From: Cytophagaceae bacterium ABcell3 | Lineage (GTDB): Bacteria; Bacteroidota; Bacteroidia; Cytophagales; Cytophagaceae | DNA length: 64,000 nt | Reading direction: 5' to 3' | Assembly: GCA_030913385.1 (NCBI GenBank) | Contig: CP133159.1 | Span: forward strand, 640,584 to 704,583 | Shown here: in pieces, positions 1 to 10,455 of the stretch | Layout of the letters: every line of letters begins with the position of its first letter | Numbering within the stretch: position 1 is the stretch's first letter | The notes under the pieces: model-generated | What the model saw: the letters and a program-made list of their open reading frames with translations, nothing else | Database searches by the model: none | What the model was told of the DNA's origin: nothing | Translations under genes and position numbers: made by a program

Positions 1-37
1 TTTTTCATCTTTATGGTGTGATGAGTTATATACAGTA

Positions 38-1642
38 TTGCATTTTACTTCTAAAGGGGCTTTAAATGCTGTTACTGATTATCATGTGCCTAATAATCAT
101 ATTTTTTTTTCCCTTATAAATAGCATAATTCCAGGATATGATTCCGTAGAGCCAGCTAGAGCTAGAATGTTTTCATTTATATCCCTATTAGCTTTTATTT
201 TTTTTGCATATAGCTATTTCTATAATTTGAAACAGTATTTATTAGCCCCTGTCTTTTTGTTCTTTTTATATTCCAATAGTTTGCTTCTAGATTTGGTATT
301 GCAGGCTAGGGGCTACGGGCTACTTTCTTTTTTTATTTTGGTGAGTTGTATTTGTGTTTATAAGTATTTTCGTGATGGGGGAAGGTTGAACTTACTGTTG
401 CTATGTATATCATGTGTATTGGCCGTTTATACCATTCCTACAAGTGTAGTTTTTTATTTCTTTCTGTGGGTTTTGCTGTTAACCTTTGCAGAAAAACGAA
501 AAGGAGTTTTCATATCTGCAGCCATTTCTGGTTTTGTTGTGGCTTTAGTACATATTCCTGTTTTGGGACAGCTGTTGGAAGTCTCATCTACTTATGCAGA
601 TGGCTGGGGAAGGCAGTTTGGAAGTTTGAGCGCTATTAAGGAAACTATTTTTAAGTTTTCATTTTTAAAAAGTTATCTAGATGTATTTATAGTTTTAGTT
701 TGCTGTGTTGTTGCAAGTTTTAGTAAATCTTCAACTTTTTCAAAGCCTGCACTAACTCTATTTTTTTCTGTTCTATTGTCTTTATTAGTTTTCAGGCTTC
801 TTGAGACACCCATACCACGTACGGTTGCTTTTGTTTTGATTGTACTTTTCTTTGTGGCTTTACACGCCATCAATAAATTATCATTATTTCCAAAACTTAG
901 ACTTTTTTCTTTACTTTTAATCTTTGCCTTTTCTTTCATCCATTCTATATACTCTATTAGAGCTTATCAGTATACTCCATATGAGAACTGGAAAGGAGTG
1001 GCCAGCTTTATTGAACAAAACGTCCCAGAGGGAACAGAAGTTTATTGCCCTTTCAGAAGCATTCTTCTTAAAGCTTATTTACCTGAAAGCTATCCTATAG
1101 TTACTGAGCCTAATGATAGCCTAATTTCTATTGGTAAGCAAACTGTAGTTGATGGAGACTTTTTAAGTAAAGATGGTTTAGGTGTTAATCTTTCTAATAG
1201 TTATCCAATTGCCGTACCTCAAATTAGGGGTGATAAACAGGTGATTTATCTTCCTGAAAACTATTTGAGCGAGCCTCTTAATAAGGTTAAGGTTGGAAGC
1301 ATTGATTCTATAAGAATTCTACAGAATCGTTATGAAGGTGTTTCCTATGATATTAGCTGTGATGGCAACTTTATTCTTCAATTCTATTCTAGCTCGGAGA
1401 CTTCTATAAAAGGTCATAAGCATGTGTTATTTTATGATGAAAAAGGTGAACTTCTTTTATACAAAAATATTGATAATTTTTTTAAGTATGTATTTTGGTC
1501 TGAACATCATTCTGAGCTAGATCCCTCTAAAGTTCATAAGGTTGTTTTCAGGGTCAAAGGAAGTGCCCCTTTAGAAGGGATGATAATAGTTGATTCTTGT
1601 TTCATTTATAAGGCGCCCAATCGCACAAGCAACGGTTTTTAG
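38..1642 (+). CDS. Polytopic membrane protein; candidate GT-C-type glycosyltransferase (ArnT/PMT-like)
   Basis: About 10 predicted TM helices in the first ~310 aa, then a ~220-aa soluble C-terminal domain. It sits in a glycosyltransferase locus. The ORF-track start is a TTG, and the frame stays open to position 2, so the gene may begin upstream of the window. Confidence 0.35.
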   Translation: MHFTSKGALNAVTDYHVPNNHIFFSLINSIIPGYDSVEPARARMFSFISLLAFIFFAYSYFYNLKQYLLAPVFLFFLYSNSLLLDLVLQARGYGLLSFFILVSCICVYKYFRDGGRLNLLLLCISCVLAVYTIPTSVVFYFFLWVLLLTFAEKRKGVFISAAISGFVVALVHIPVLGQLLEVSSTYADGWGRQFGSLSAIKETIFKFSFLKSYLDVFIVLVCCVVASFSKSSTFSKPALTLFFSVLLSLLVFRLLETPIPRTVAFVLIVLFFVALHAINKLSLFPKLRLFSLLLIFAFSFIHSIYSIRAYQYTPYENWKGVASFIEQNVPEGTEVYCPFRSILLKAYLPESYPIVTEPNDSLISIGKQTVVDGDFLSKDGLGVNLSNSYPIAVPQIRGDKQVIYLPENYLSEPLNKVKVGSIDSIRILQNRYEGVSYDISCDGNFILQFYSSSETSIKGHKHVLFYDEKGELLLYKNIDNFFKYVFWSEHHSELDPSKVHKVVFRVKGSAPLEGMIIVDSCFIYKAPNRTSNGF

Positions 1643-1662
1643 GAATAGAAAAGTTAGTATTA

Positions 1663-4131
1663 ATGGGCATGTTTCAACATTTACTCCACAAGTATCAACA
1701 CTCTCCGCTGCTTGAGAGGTTAAATCGGCATATTAATAAGTCATGTACTGCAGGAATGGGCAAGCAGTTAAGGTCTTTTCTCCCTAACTTCTTAAAGTCG
1801 GGGATTAAATTTACTGTTATTGTACTTTGGTTTATTCTTAAAAAAGTGACAATATATGTTAGCATTATTAATACTTACTTTTTTACTCTTGTAGCTTTCT
1901 GTATATGGTTTCATCGAATTCGGATGTTTAAACGAGAAATTAGGTCTTATCACTCTAGTGCTGGTGATTTGCAAACGGAACCTTTGAGAGTTAGTATCAT
2001 TGTTTCTTATGATCGTAACATTTTTAAAACAATACGAATTGTAAGGAATATTTTAAACAACACTATTTATCCAAACTATGAGGTGGTAGTAGTTGGGCAC
2101 ATATCTTCAATCTCTAAGAATGTATTGAATTTTTTTTTTACAAGTAGCAAGCTTTTGTTTGTTAAAGGAAAACATCTTTCTGAAGTAGAGGCAAAGAACC
2201 GTGCAGTTAATATGTCTACAGGCTTTTATCTTGTGTTTTGTGAACCATATGTCCAACCATTAAGAGGCTGGCTTATTAATTTAGTCATAGCTCATTCTAA
2301 AATTAATAAGCCTGGTGCTATAGGAGGTAAAACAGTATTTTCCTTTTTTCATCGTTTTGCTAATAGTTTTAAAGTTGAACAGGCCGGTATTGCCTATAGA
2401 CAAGAAGACGGTGCCATAAAGCCATATAAGCTATATGAAGGGGCTGATTATAGTTCAGCATGTGTTTGCGCGTCAGTTGAACGCCCAGCTGTCAATCATG
2501 GATTATTTTTAATTAGCAAGGAGGCTTTTCTAAAGGTCGGAGGTTTTAGTCATAAATACACTCCTTATTTAGCGAGTACAGATCTTTTTTTGAAACTTAT
2601 CAGTACTGGGTATGTAAATTATTATTGTGCTGACAGCGTTAGCCTTAGCTTTAATTTTAATAAAGAAAAGCATTTTGAACGTGGAGAGTTAATATCTTTC
2701 AAACGTGAATGGCAAGGTTTCTTAAAAGAAAAAGTAAATGCTGAAAGGTTTTCTTTTTTACCTGGCTTTTGGACACAGAAAAATTTAACTATTGGAGTTG
2801 TGGTTTCAGAAGAGGCTCCTTATGGATCTTTTAAAATGTTTCTTCAAACACTTTATGATAAAGGAGCAAATGTTAAATACTACAAGAGTGGTTCCGATTG
2901 GTATAATATTTCATATGAAGTTGATGTTCTTATTGTTACCGTTTCCGAATACGACCCAACTTTAATAATAGGGAATGTTTTTGTTTTAAAAATTTTTTGG
3001 GCCATCAGCAAAACAGAGCGTTTTGACATGTCGTATGGAGGGGCTTATGATCTTTTTATTTCTCCATGTTTATCTTCTTCAGCTTTTTCTAAGGTTAGAA
3101 GAAGCGTAGTGGAGTTTTCTTTAGAATATGATAAGTCATACAATATTGAAATCAATGAATTTTTTCACAAGAAAGTATATGCTTTTTTGGATATTATTCA
3201 ATCCTCCGAGAGATCTAAACGTGTTGCTGTTTTAATTGCGGCTCCAGACTTAGAGTTTGCTCATGAATGGGGTGATTACCACTTTGCCTTAGCTTTGAGA
3301 AAAAATATGGAAAGGGTAGGGAATGTTCAAGTACGCATCTATACCCGGGAAAAGTGGTACAGCCATGAGGTTCTTGATAATGATGTTGTGGTTGTTCTTC
3401 GAGGAATACATAAATATCATCCAGCTGCTACCCAAATTAATTTTATGTGGTTAATTTCTCATCCTGCAGATGTTTCTATGGAAGAGCTATACATGTATGA
3501 TCATATATTTGTTGCATCTGAATTGTTCGTACAAAAGTTTTCAGGAAGTCAGGGGTTGTCAATTAGCGTTCTTCATCAGTGTACAGACACTGAAGTCTTT
3601 TTTCCTGTTAAGGATGACAGGGTTAATGTTGAGGTATTGTATGTCGGAAACTCAAGAAACGTTCTTCGTGAAAGCCTGCGCTTACTTTTGCCTACGGATA
3701 AAGAACTACAGGTTTATGGTAGTCGTTGGGAAGGGTTAATACCTACTAGATATATAAAAGGGCGATATATTGATAATGATCAATTAAAGCATTATTATTC
3801 TAATGCAAGGGTGCTTCTTAACGACCATTGGTCTGATATGAAAGAAGAGGGCTTTATTTCTAATAGGGTTTTTGATGCCTTAGCTTGTAAGGCTAATTTA
3901 GTTTCAGACATCGTTTATGGAATGGATAAGCTTTTTGATAATAAGCTAATGGTCTATAGTTCAAGAAAAGAACTTTACAATTGGGTTGATAGATGTGTTG
4001 GTGGTGCTGATGAAATAGAGGAAAAAAGGGAGGCTTTGTATAAACAAGTAATTTCAGAACACACTTTCGAGCGCCGCGCTAAACAAATATTGGCCTATGT
4101 TGAAAAATTTCAAAAGTATGAAAGCAATTAA
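1663..4131 (+). CDS. Two-domain glycosyltransferase (degenerate GT2-like N-terminus, GT4/GT1-like C-terminus)
   Basis: A GT2-like motif VSIIVSYDRN...YEVVVVGH is present, but the DxD position reads FCEPY. The C-terminal EGFISNRVFDALACKANLVSD matches the GT4 EX7E-type motif. The true start is probably internal to the ORF. Confidence 0.5.
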   Translation: MGMFQHLLHKYQHSPLLERLNRHINKSCTAGMGKQLRSFLPNFLKSGIKFTVIVLWFILKKVTIYVSIINTYFFTLVAFCIWFHRIRMFKREIRSYHSSAGDLQTEPLRVSIIVSYDRNIFKTIRIVRNILNNTIYPNYEVVVVGHISSISKNVLNFFFTSSKLLFVKGKHLSEVEAKNRAVNMSTGFYLVFCEPYVQPLRGWLINLVIAHSKINKPGAIGGKTVFSFFHRFANSFKVEQAGIAYRQEDGAIKPYKLYEGADYSSACVCASVERPAVNHGLFLISKEAFLKVGGFSHKYTPYLASTDLFLKLISTGYVNYYCADSVSLSFNFNKEKHFERGELISFKREWQGFLKEKVNAERFSFLPGFWTQKNLTIGVVVSEEAPYGSFKMFLQTLYDKGANVKYYKSGSDWYNISYEVDVLIVTVSEYDPTLIIGNVFVLKIFWAISKTERFDMSYGGAYDLFISPCLSSSAFSKVRRSVVEFSLEYDKSYNIEINEFFHKKVYAFLDIIQSSERSKRVAVLIAAPDLEFAHEWGDYHFALALRKNMERVGNVQVRIYTREKWYSHEVLDNDVVVVLRGIHKYHPAATQINFMWLISHPADVSMEELYMYDHIFVASELFVQKFSGSQGLSISVLHQCTDTEVFFPVKDDRVNVEVLYVGNSRNVLRESLRLLLPTDKELQVYGSRWEGLIPTRYIKGRYIDNDQLKHYYSNARVLLNDHWSDMKEEGFISNRVFDALACKANLVSDIVYGMDKLFDNKLMVYSSRKELYNWVDRCVGGADEIEEKREALYKQVISEHTFERRAKQILAYVEKFQKYESN

Positions 4132-4921
4132 GTATCAAATAAAAAAGTGTCTATATTATTTTTCATTTTTGTTTCCGTGGACGTTAAATTATAAGCTTTT
4201 CCGTAATTCTCTAAAAGAGAATAGAGGAACGGACAGCGTTCTTTTTTTTTCTATTATTATACCTACATACAACCGTGCCAAGCTATTAAAAAAAGCAGTT
4301 GATTCTGTGCTTTCTCAAACTTATCCGCACTATGAAATATTAATAATTGACGATGGTAGCAATGACGGAACTCAAGATATGGTTTATAAGGTTTTTTCTG
4401 AAGATCTGTTAAACAAAAAAATTAGGTATGTAAATCACCCCCATAAGGGTGTAGGTTATGCTAGAAATAAAGGGTTAGAAATCGCTCAGGGTGATTTTAT
4501 TGCCTACCTTGACTCAGATAATATCTGGCATAAAAACTTTTTATCTATAATGTATAATGCACTAAAAACCGGTAGTGTGGATTGTGCTTATTGTGCAATG
4601 AGTGTCTTTAATGAGGTTGATAAAATGGTTTTTACATTATTTAACTCTCCGTTCAATAGGAAGAAGTTGCTAAAAACAAATTTCATTGACCTGAATTGTT
4701 TTGTTCATAAGCGTGAGTTATATCTAATAAAAGGAGGTTTTGATGAAACCCTTACTCGTTTGCTTGACTGGGATCTGATACTTAAATATACGTCAGGAAC
4801 AGGAGTTTTACCTGTTCCTGCGCTATTGGTCAGGTACAAAATCAGAAAATCAATACAACACATCACAACATCAAAACCTCTTGAAGAGAATGAAAAGAAG
4901 ATATTGTCTAAGTGGTCTTAA
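4097..4921 (+). CDS. Family 2 glycosyltransferase
   Basis: Classic GT2 signature FSIIIPTYNRAKLLKKAVDSVLSQTYPHYEILIIDDGSNDGT and a DSDN motif. The start may be the Met at 4118. Confidence 0.8.
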   Translation: MLKNFKSMKAIKYQIKKCLYYFSFLFPWTLNYKLFRNSLKENRGTDSVLFFSIIIPTYNRAKLLKKAVDSVLSQTYPHYEILIIDDGSNDGTQDMVYKVFSEDLLNKKIRYVNHPHKGVGYARNKGLEIAQGDFIAYLDSDNIWHKNFLSIMYNALKTGSVDCAYCAMSVFNEVDKMVFTLFNSPFNRKKLLKTNFIDLNCFVHKRELYLIKGGFDETLTRLLDWDLILKYTSGTGVLPVPALLVRYKIRKSIQHITTSKPLEENEKKILSKWS

Positions 4922-4932
4922 TGTTCTAAATC

Positions 4933-5687
4933 TTAAAACTTTCTAAAAACTGCCTGAAATTCATTGGTCATTGGTTGTGTATCAAACACCTCTTCCAGTT
5001 GGAGTGGTATATAATTCATTTCTGTTAACACACTTACCAATTCTTTAAATGAATCCATGGTGTAAACATGGCAGTGTACATCTGCATATTCTTCTTTTGA
5101 AAGTCTTTGTGCAACTTTTAGGGCTTCCTGAGGGGAAAATCGTTGCTGCTGTATTTTTTGCAGATGTTCGTTTCTCCAAACCATTTTTGCATCAACCGCT
5201 TTATGGTAAAAGAAGTGTTCAAGAATGTTATAGAAGCTCGGTTTTTTAACCTTGTTATTATAGTTGTATAAAAGGTCTATAAAAGTTGTATTTCTTCTTG
5301 TAATGTCAAAAGTATAGCGCTTGTCCGGTACGGACAGGAACAAAATTCCGTTAGTTTCAAGTATCTTTTCAATTTCCTGCAACCAACTTATAGTATCTGG
5401 TATGTGCTCAATGACATGATTTGCTATAACCACATCAAATTTTTCATTTATAACCTCTGAATATGCCGGCGTAGGGGAAATAAAATCAACTTTGACCAGC
5501 CTTTCAAGTGCATAACGTGGATTGTTCTTGCTCTTGGCAGAAAGGATTGTTTCAGAGGTATAATCCAAGTATTTAATATTAGCCTCAGATTTTAAATATG
5601 TCGGATTGTCTAAAGGGCCAATTTCTAGTAGACGTGCTTTTCTTATATCTGTTTTAGCCTCTATAATGTTTCTTTTATGCTTCCCAT
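4933..5687 (-). CDS. Class I SAM-dependent methyltransferase (start region disrupted)
   Basis: Motif DVVIANHVIEHIPD lies in the ORF at 4933..5568. The SAM-binding motif KARLLEIGPLDNP is encoded in frame upstream of the annotated TTG. No ATG/GTG/TTG start exists in that frame; an ATG at 5685-5687 is in the -1 frame across an AAAA run (5673-5676). Confidence 0.6.
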
Positions 5688-5695
5688 TTAATTAA

Positions 5696-8600
5696 TTAAA
5701 ATTTTTCTAAAAATGATAAATAATCTAAAACTGTTGTTTTTGTAGAATAGTTAGTGTTTACATCAAGATATGCATTATATCCAATTTCTTTTTTCTTTTC
5801 TATGTTTTTTTCAAGTTCTGCGATAATCGGTACAATCTCATCAATAGTGTTTACTAGAAAACCGTTTTGATTGTGACAAATCATTTCAGAATAAGCCACC
5901 GGATAAGGTGTAGTTATAAAAACTTTCTTCGCTATTCCGGCATTATAGTATTTTAAACCACTTTTCGCATTAATAAAATTATCTACATCTTCAGGTTTGA
6001 AGTTATATTGCTGAGCCAGAGATTTGATATAGGATACAGGATGATCTCCCCAGTTTATAACATAATCTGCTCCTTTAATGAAACCGAAAAGTTCATCTAA
6101 GTCAACACTGTCATAGATGTTAAGATTGTGATGTACTGGGAATTCATACTTTTCTGAAGAGAAGAAATGTATTTTAACTTTTTGCCCTTCCAGTTTCTCT
6201 GAAAGTTCGTTCATTGCTTCTAATCCGGCAGCGCCTATAGAAAAGCAGATGATATGAACGTATTCTGAGTTTAAGTCTTTTGGCTCTGCCCTTAAAAATC
6301 TGTCTGTGTCTATGCCATTTCTAAGGCAAACTGTATTTGGGTTAAACTTTAAGAGAAGCTTTTGTAAATGATTCGTTGAGGTGGTCACATAGTCACAGTT
6401 CTTAATGAATTTAAGAGGCATATCATTTTGACTATGAATAATGTAATCATCAATATCATAAATGAATGTTTTTTTGTTGCCGCCCTTTTTTTTCTTTTTT
6501 AAAACAGTTTTTAGAAAGCTCGGAGAGATTTTTTCATTTAAAGCTCCTATTCTTTGAAATACAAATATATCGTAATTGTCAAAATGAGTGTCTCTGATTT
6601 TATGCCACTTTTTGGCCTTTACCTTCACATAACGGCTAAGTTCTTTTATAATTTCAAAAGTTCTTTTTCGTGTTGAGCTTGAGTACTTGGCATTATACAC
6701 GAACAGAACTCTTTTGTTTGTAGTATTAACTAAGATTTTTTGGTTTTTATTTTTGAAATATAGCTCTTTGTTCTTTTCCCATAAAAGTTTGCTTTCTTCT
6801 GCATAAGAGTTAAAGGAACGGTGTCCATAATGATGCACATACGCATGTTTTACCCATACCGGCTTTGATCCAGAAAGTCTTATGCGGTCTATAAACTGAA
6901 CCTCCTCCCTTGACCCAAGTCCAAAACTCGTATCAAAAAAGCCTATTTCATTAATTAATTCACGTTTAAAGAATAAGCAAAATCCATTCAAGTACTCTGT
7001 TTCTTGATACTGTTCTTTTTCTCTTTCATAAAGATCTTTTCCGAAATCTTGAATTTGCTCGTAAGTCATATCAAACCTCTGTGTATGAACTTCATCTAGC
7101 TGTTGAACCACCCCATCAAAATTCTTGGCAATGCCATAAGAGGTAGACGGGCCGGTGATTACACAGTTTGCATTTTTACTGATTCCGTCCGCAAGAAATT
7201 TATTCCAGTTTTTGGTAACTATTGTATCCGAGTTGAGGAGGCATATGTAACGGCCACGTGAGTTGGTTATTATTAAGTTGCAATTGTAAGGAAATCCTTT
7301 CCTTTCAGTATTCCTCAGGTATTTCACATTATGATGATTCAACTCTAGCTCTTTTAAATAGCTTTTGGTTTCTTCGTCACTTACATCATCAATGAGGATA
7401 ACCTCATATTCTCCCGAGGTATTTTCCTGAATACTTTTGATACAGTCGCGGACATAGTCCACCTGATTGTGAATCGGGATTCCTATTGTTAATTCTACAT
7501 CAGTGGTGAAGTTGATCTCAGGGTTCTTTATGGAGAATCTTTTTAATAACTCTGTTTCAAGCTTTGTTATTGATTTTTCCCATGTAAAATCATTTATGTC
7601 TTTATATGCTTGATTGGCAATTTTTCTAGCAAGCGCAGGATCAGAGAGGATTTTTTTTACCGCTTCCGCAATAGAGGATGGATTTTTCTTTTCAACAAGT
7701 AAAGAGTTTTTATTTGTGCAGAAATCTCTGGATCCTCCAGTATCGGTTGTAATTAAAGGAGTCTTGCATAACATGGCTTCTACACTACACATACCTACAC
7801 CCTCGTACAAGCTAGCTGTTATCCATGCAGAACAGGAAGAGTATATTTCCCGCAACTCCGATTGGTCTGGGTTATAGTGATACTCTATGCCCTCAGGCAA
7901 CTCAGGGCTCTTTTCCTGGCCGAACATGACCATAGTTAGGTCTTTTATGTCTTTCTTTAGGATCTGAAAAGACTTTATTACATCTCTTGATCTTTTCCAT
8001 TCATCTTTATGATAAAGGGAGCCAATTCTGTTGCTGCGGTCTTGTGGGGTCTCAACAAACTGATCAGCGTGTATTCCGAAAGAAATCGTTTTAGCGTTTC
8101 TTCCGGTATGTTTGTGTATCTGCTCTGCTATCCAGGAGGTAGTGGCAAGAAGGTGAAAGTCTTTAATAGAAGCATTTTTGATATCCAAGTCTAAGTCGTG
8201 AACCCCGAAATGCATAAACAACAAAAATTTTAAACCTTTTGACTCGGGAAGTTTGCTGAAGATCTCTGCTGATTTATTATTGCCGTAAGTGATAAAAATA
8301 TCTGCATCAGGAAGCCTTTCTTCTAGGGAGTCTATAGAGCCAGGCCTTTCAAAATATAAGTCTATCACTGGAACAGAAAAATTGAACCAGTCTGATTTGC
8401 TACCTGAATACTGACGAATAAAGTTTACTACATGTCCTTTCTCTTGCAGTAACTTAGCAATCATCATTAGCCTTTTTGTGCCTCCGTGAATATTTGTAGA
8501 AGGGGTTAGTATACTTATTATAAGCTTTCCTTGTTTAGGCCTTGGTCGTTCGGATAATTTACTTTTTTTCCATATGTTATATTTCTGTATAGTGTTTTCA

Positions 8601-9673
8601 AAGTTTTCAATCCCTACATTTCCTTGGTTGTTTTTCAGTAAAAGATTTTTGTATGCATTAATGAACTTATTGCCGAGTTTCCACCTGTAGGATCTTAGGA
8701 TTTCCTGCTGTGCTTTTTGAAGGTCTTCTATCCAATGTGAAAGTTTTTCCAGCTCTGCTTCGGCTTTTTCTTTCTCAAATTTGATCTTGCTATTGGCTTC
8801 TGAAAATTTAGAGTTTTCAGCATTCTTTTTGTCTGCTAGGCTTTTAAGATCAATAAATTCCTTGTATATACCTTCTGTATTTTTTAATGTTAAGGCAGAT
8901 TTTAAAGAAACATTTTTATTAATTTTTTGAAGGAACTTGTTTTTCAAGTTTTGATATATCTCTTTGATCTCACCTGTCAGATATATTTGCTCTAATTGGC
9001 TGTTGTCACTTAAGTCAGAATCAAGAGTTATAGCCATCTCTTTAGGATTCCTGCTTTTAAATGTAAATCCGTGGGCGCTCAAGAATAAAATTATCTGCTC
9101 ATAAATTAATTCTGGTTCTTTTGTAAGACTATTGTAATCAACGAGTAAGTAAGGTTGGTTATCTATTTGTGTGACGCCGGATTTTACATACTTTTCCCAT
9201 AAAGCAAGTGAGAAATCTAAAGAAAACCTATTTTTTTCCCTCAGTAATTGAGCAACTTCTATTGGGTTCCTATATACAAAAATGTAAGCAGTAAAACTAA
9301 GGTACTTTTCCCAAACTTTTCCAGTTAAACAAAACCTTGGATCGCTCAGGTAAAAATCTGTATGGGTTTCGCTGTAAGTTTTCTTAACAAGGTTTTTAAT
9401 ATAGCCCTTTGTTTTTTCTGATATTTCAGAATCAAATTTTTCTGGACTGTAATTAGAAATCGAAAACCAGTTGCAGTTTATCTCTTCAAGAATGAGATCA
9501 TTAATTTTTCCTATATCATCTCTCTTCTCAAAACTATTTAAAGTATTGTCATTTGATTCTGATATTTGATTCTTTAAGCTAGGATGGATCCCTAGTTTTT
9601 CTAATACAGTTGAAATTGCTAAAGTTCCTGAACGGTGCATGCCAAGAACAATTACCGTTTTTTTATCACTCAT
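5696..9673 (-). CDS. 1325-aa multidomain protein: N-terminal PAPS-type sulfotransferase, then coiled coil, GT4-like, GT2 and a C-terminal GT-like domain
   Basis: VIVLGMHRSGT P-loop-like 5'-PSB motif at the N-terminus. GT4 motif EGVGMCSVEAMLCKTPLITTDTGGSRDF. GT2 motif LTIGIPIHNQVDYV...YEVILIDDVSDEET. Confidence 0.7.
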   Translation of the reverse strand: MSDKKTVIVLGMHRSGTLAISTVLEKLGIHPSLKNQISESNDNTLNSFEKRDDIGKINDLILEEINCNWFSISNYSPEKFDSEISEKTKGYIKNLVKKTYSETHTDFYLSDPRFCLTGKVWEKYLSFTAYIFVYRNPIEVAQLLREKNRFSLDFSLALWEKYVKSGVTQIDNQPYLLVDYNSLTKEPELIYEQIILFLSAHGFTFKSRNPKEMAITLDSDLSDNSQLEQIYLTGEIKEIYQNLKNKFLQKINKNVSLKSALTLKNTEGIYKEFIDLKSLADKKNAENSKFSEANSKIKFEKEKAEAELEKLSHWIEDLQKAQQEILRSYRWKLGNKFINAYKNLLLKNNQGNVGIENFENTIQKYNIWKKSKLSERPRPKQGKLIISILTPSTNIHGGTKRLMMIAKLLQEKGHVVNFIRQYSGSKSDWFNFSVPVIDLYFERPGSIDSLEERLPDADIFITYGNNKSAEIFSKLPESKGLKFLLFMHFGVHDLDLDIKNASIKDFHLLATTSWIAEQIHKHTGRNAKTISFGIHADQFVETPQDRSNRIGSLYHKDEWKRSRDVIKSFQILKKDIKDLTMVMFGQEKSPELPEGIEYHYNPDQSELREIYSSCSAWITASLYEGVGMCSVEAMLCKTPLITTDTGGSRDFCTNKNSLLVEKKNPSSIAEAVKKILSDPALARKIANQAYKDINDFTWEKSITKLETELLKRFSIKNPEINFTTDVELTIGIPIHNQVDYVRDCIKSIQENTSGEYEVILIDDVSDEETKSYLKELELNHHNVKYLRNTERKGFPYNCNLIITNSRGRYICLLNSDTIVTKNWNKFLADGISKNANCVITGPSTSYGIAKNFDGVVQQLDEVHTQRFDMTYEQIQDFGKDLYEREKEQYQETEYLNGFCLFFKRELINEIGFFDTSFGLGSREEVQFIDRIRLSGSKPVWVKHAYVHHYGHRSFNSYAEESKLLWEKNKELYFKNKNQKILVNTTNKRVLFVYNAKYSSSTRKRTFEIIKELSRYVKVKAKKWHKIRDTHFDNYDIFVFQRIGALNEKISPSFLKTVLKKKKKGGNKKTFIYDIDDYIIHSQNDMPLKFIKNCDYVTTSTNHLQKLLLKFNPNTVCLRNGIDTDRFLRAEPKDLNSEYVHIICFSIGAAGLEAMNELSEKLEGQKVKIHFFSSEKYEFPVHHNLNIYDSVDLDELFGFIKGADYVINWGDHPVSYIKSLAQQYNFKPEDVDNFINAKSGLKYYNAGIAKKVFITTPYPVAYSEMICHNQNGFLVNTIDEIVPIIAELEKNIEKKKEIGYNAYLDVNTNYSTKTTVLDYLSFLEKF

Positions 9674-9918
9674 GAATTGCTATTTTCTAATATGGGCTGT
9701 CAAAACCTCTTACCATTATATACTTTTCGATGGAAGTATTGACAAATGACTGCAAAATACAAAAAACAAAATTAAAAAATTGAAAGAGCTGTGCGGTTTT
9801 TCTGATGATAGTGTTCAGAAATATATTTTGTTAAAAGTTTTTTGAGCATTTAGGTTGAGGATTATAAAGTTTTCAGAAGATGTTGGGGGTATAAAAATAA
9901 GTCGTAGACAATATCATA

Positions 9919-9960
9919 TTAGGTAATTTGCTGACTATTGGTATGGAATATTACTTTGCT
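9919..9960 (+). repeat. Direct repeat copy 1 (TTAGGTAATTTGCTGACTATTGGTAT...)
   Basis: About 42 bp, roughly 80% identical to 11579..11620. Together the two copies bracket the cassette containing the GT2 fragment and the sulfotransferase. Confidence 0.6.
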
Positions 9961-10219
9961 TTTTCTCTTTTGTCCCAGCTCCTAAAAGGTGCTAGAACGT
10001 TTACATTGGATTTATTCCGACTAACTAGTGGTAATATTGGATCGCCTTGGTTTAGGTTCTAGAAAGATCGTGGTCTCTGAAGATCGTGGGAGAAAATGGC
10101 TAAGCGAGCTTGAGAGAGAGAACAGATTAATTATGTGCATATTGTGCTATAAAGGGTTACAATAAATGGGAATGGTATTACCATGTTCAATACAAGCTCT
10201 GACTGGATAAGTTATTATA

Positions 10220-10455
10220 AAATTTTTTTTGGATTTAAATCCATTTGTGCATTTAAAAGAGATTCGTGAAAAAAAGGTGGCTTTGATGAAACTTTAAAGC
10301 GTTTGGTTGAATGGGATTTAATTTTAATATTTACGTGTAAAATGATCCTATGTCTGTTCCCGCAGTACTAGTTAGTTACTACCTTAAAAAGGATATAGCC
10401 CATATAACCACAGCTGGATACTTAAACGAGAATTTACGGAAAGACTATTGGAAAA
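10220..10455 (+). pseudogene. GT2 glycosyltransferase 3' fragment (paralog of the 4097..4921 C-terminus), frameshifted
   Basis: KKGGFDETLKRLVEWDLIL and, in a second frame, SVPAVLVSYYLKKDIAHITT...KDYWKNG align with KGGFDETLTRLLDWDLIL...PVPALLVRYKIRKSIQHITT...KILSKWS of the intact gene. The fragment ends overlapping the sulfotransferase start. Confidence 0.6.
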
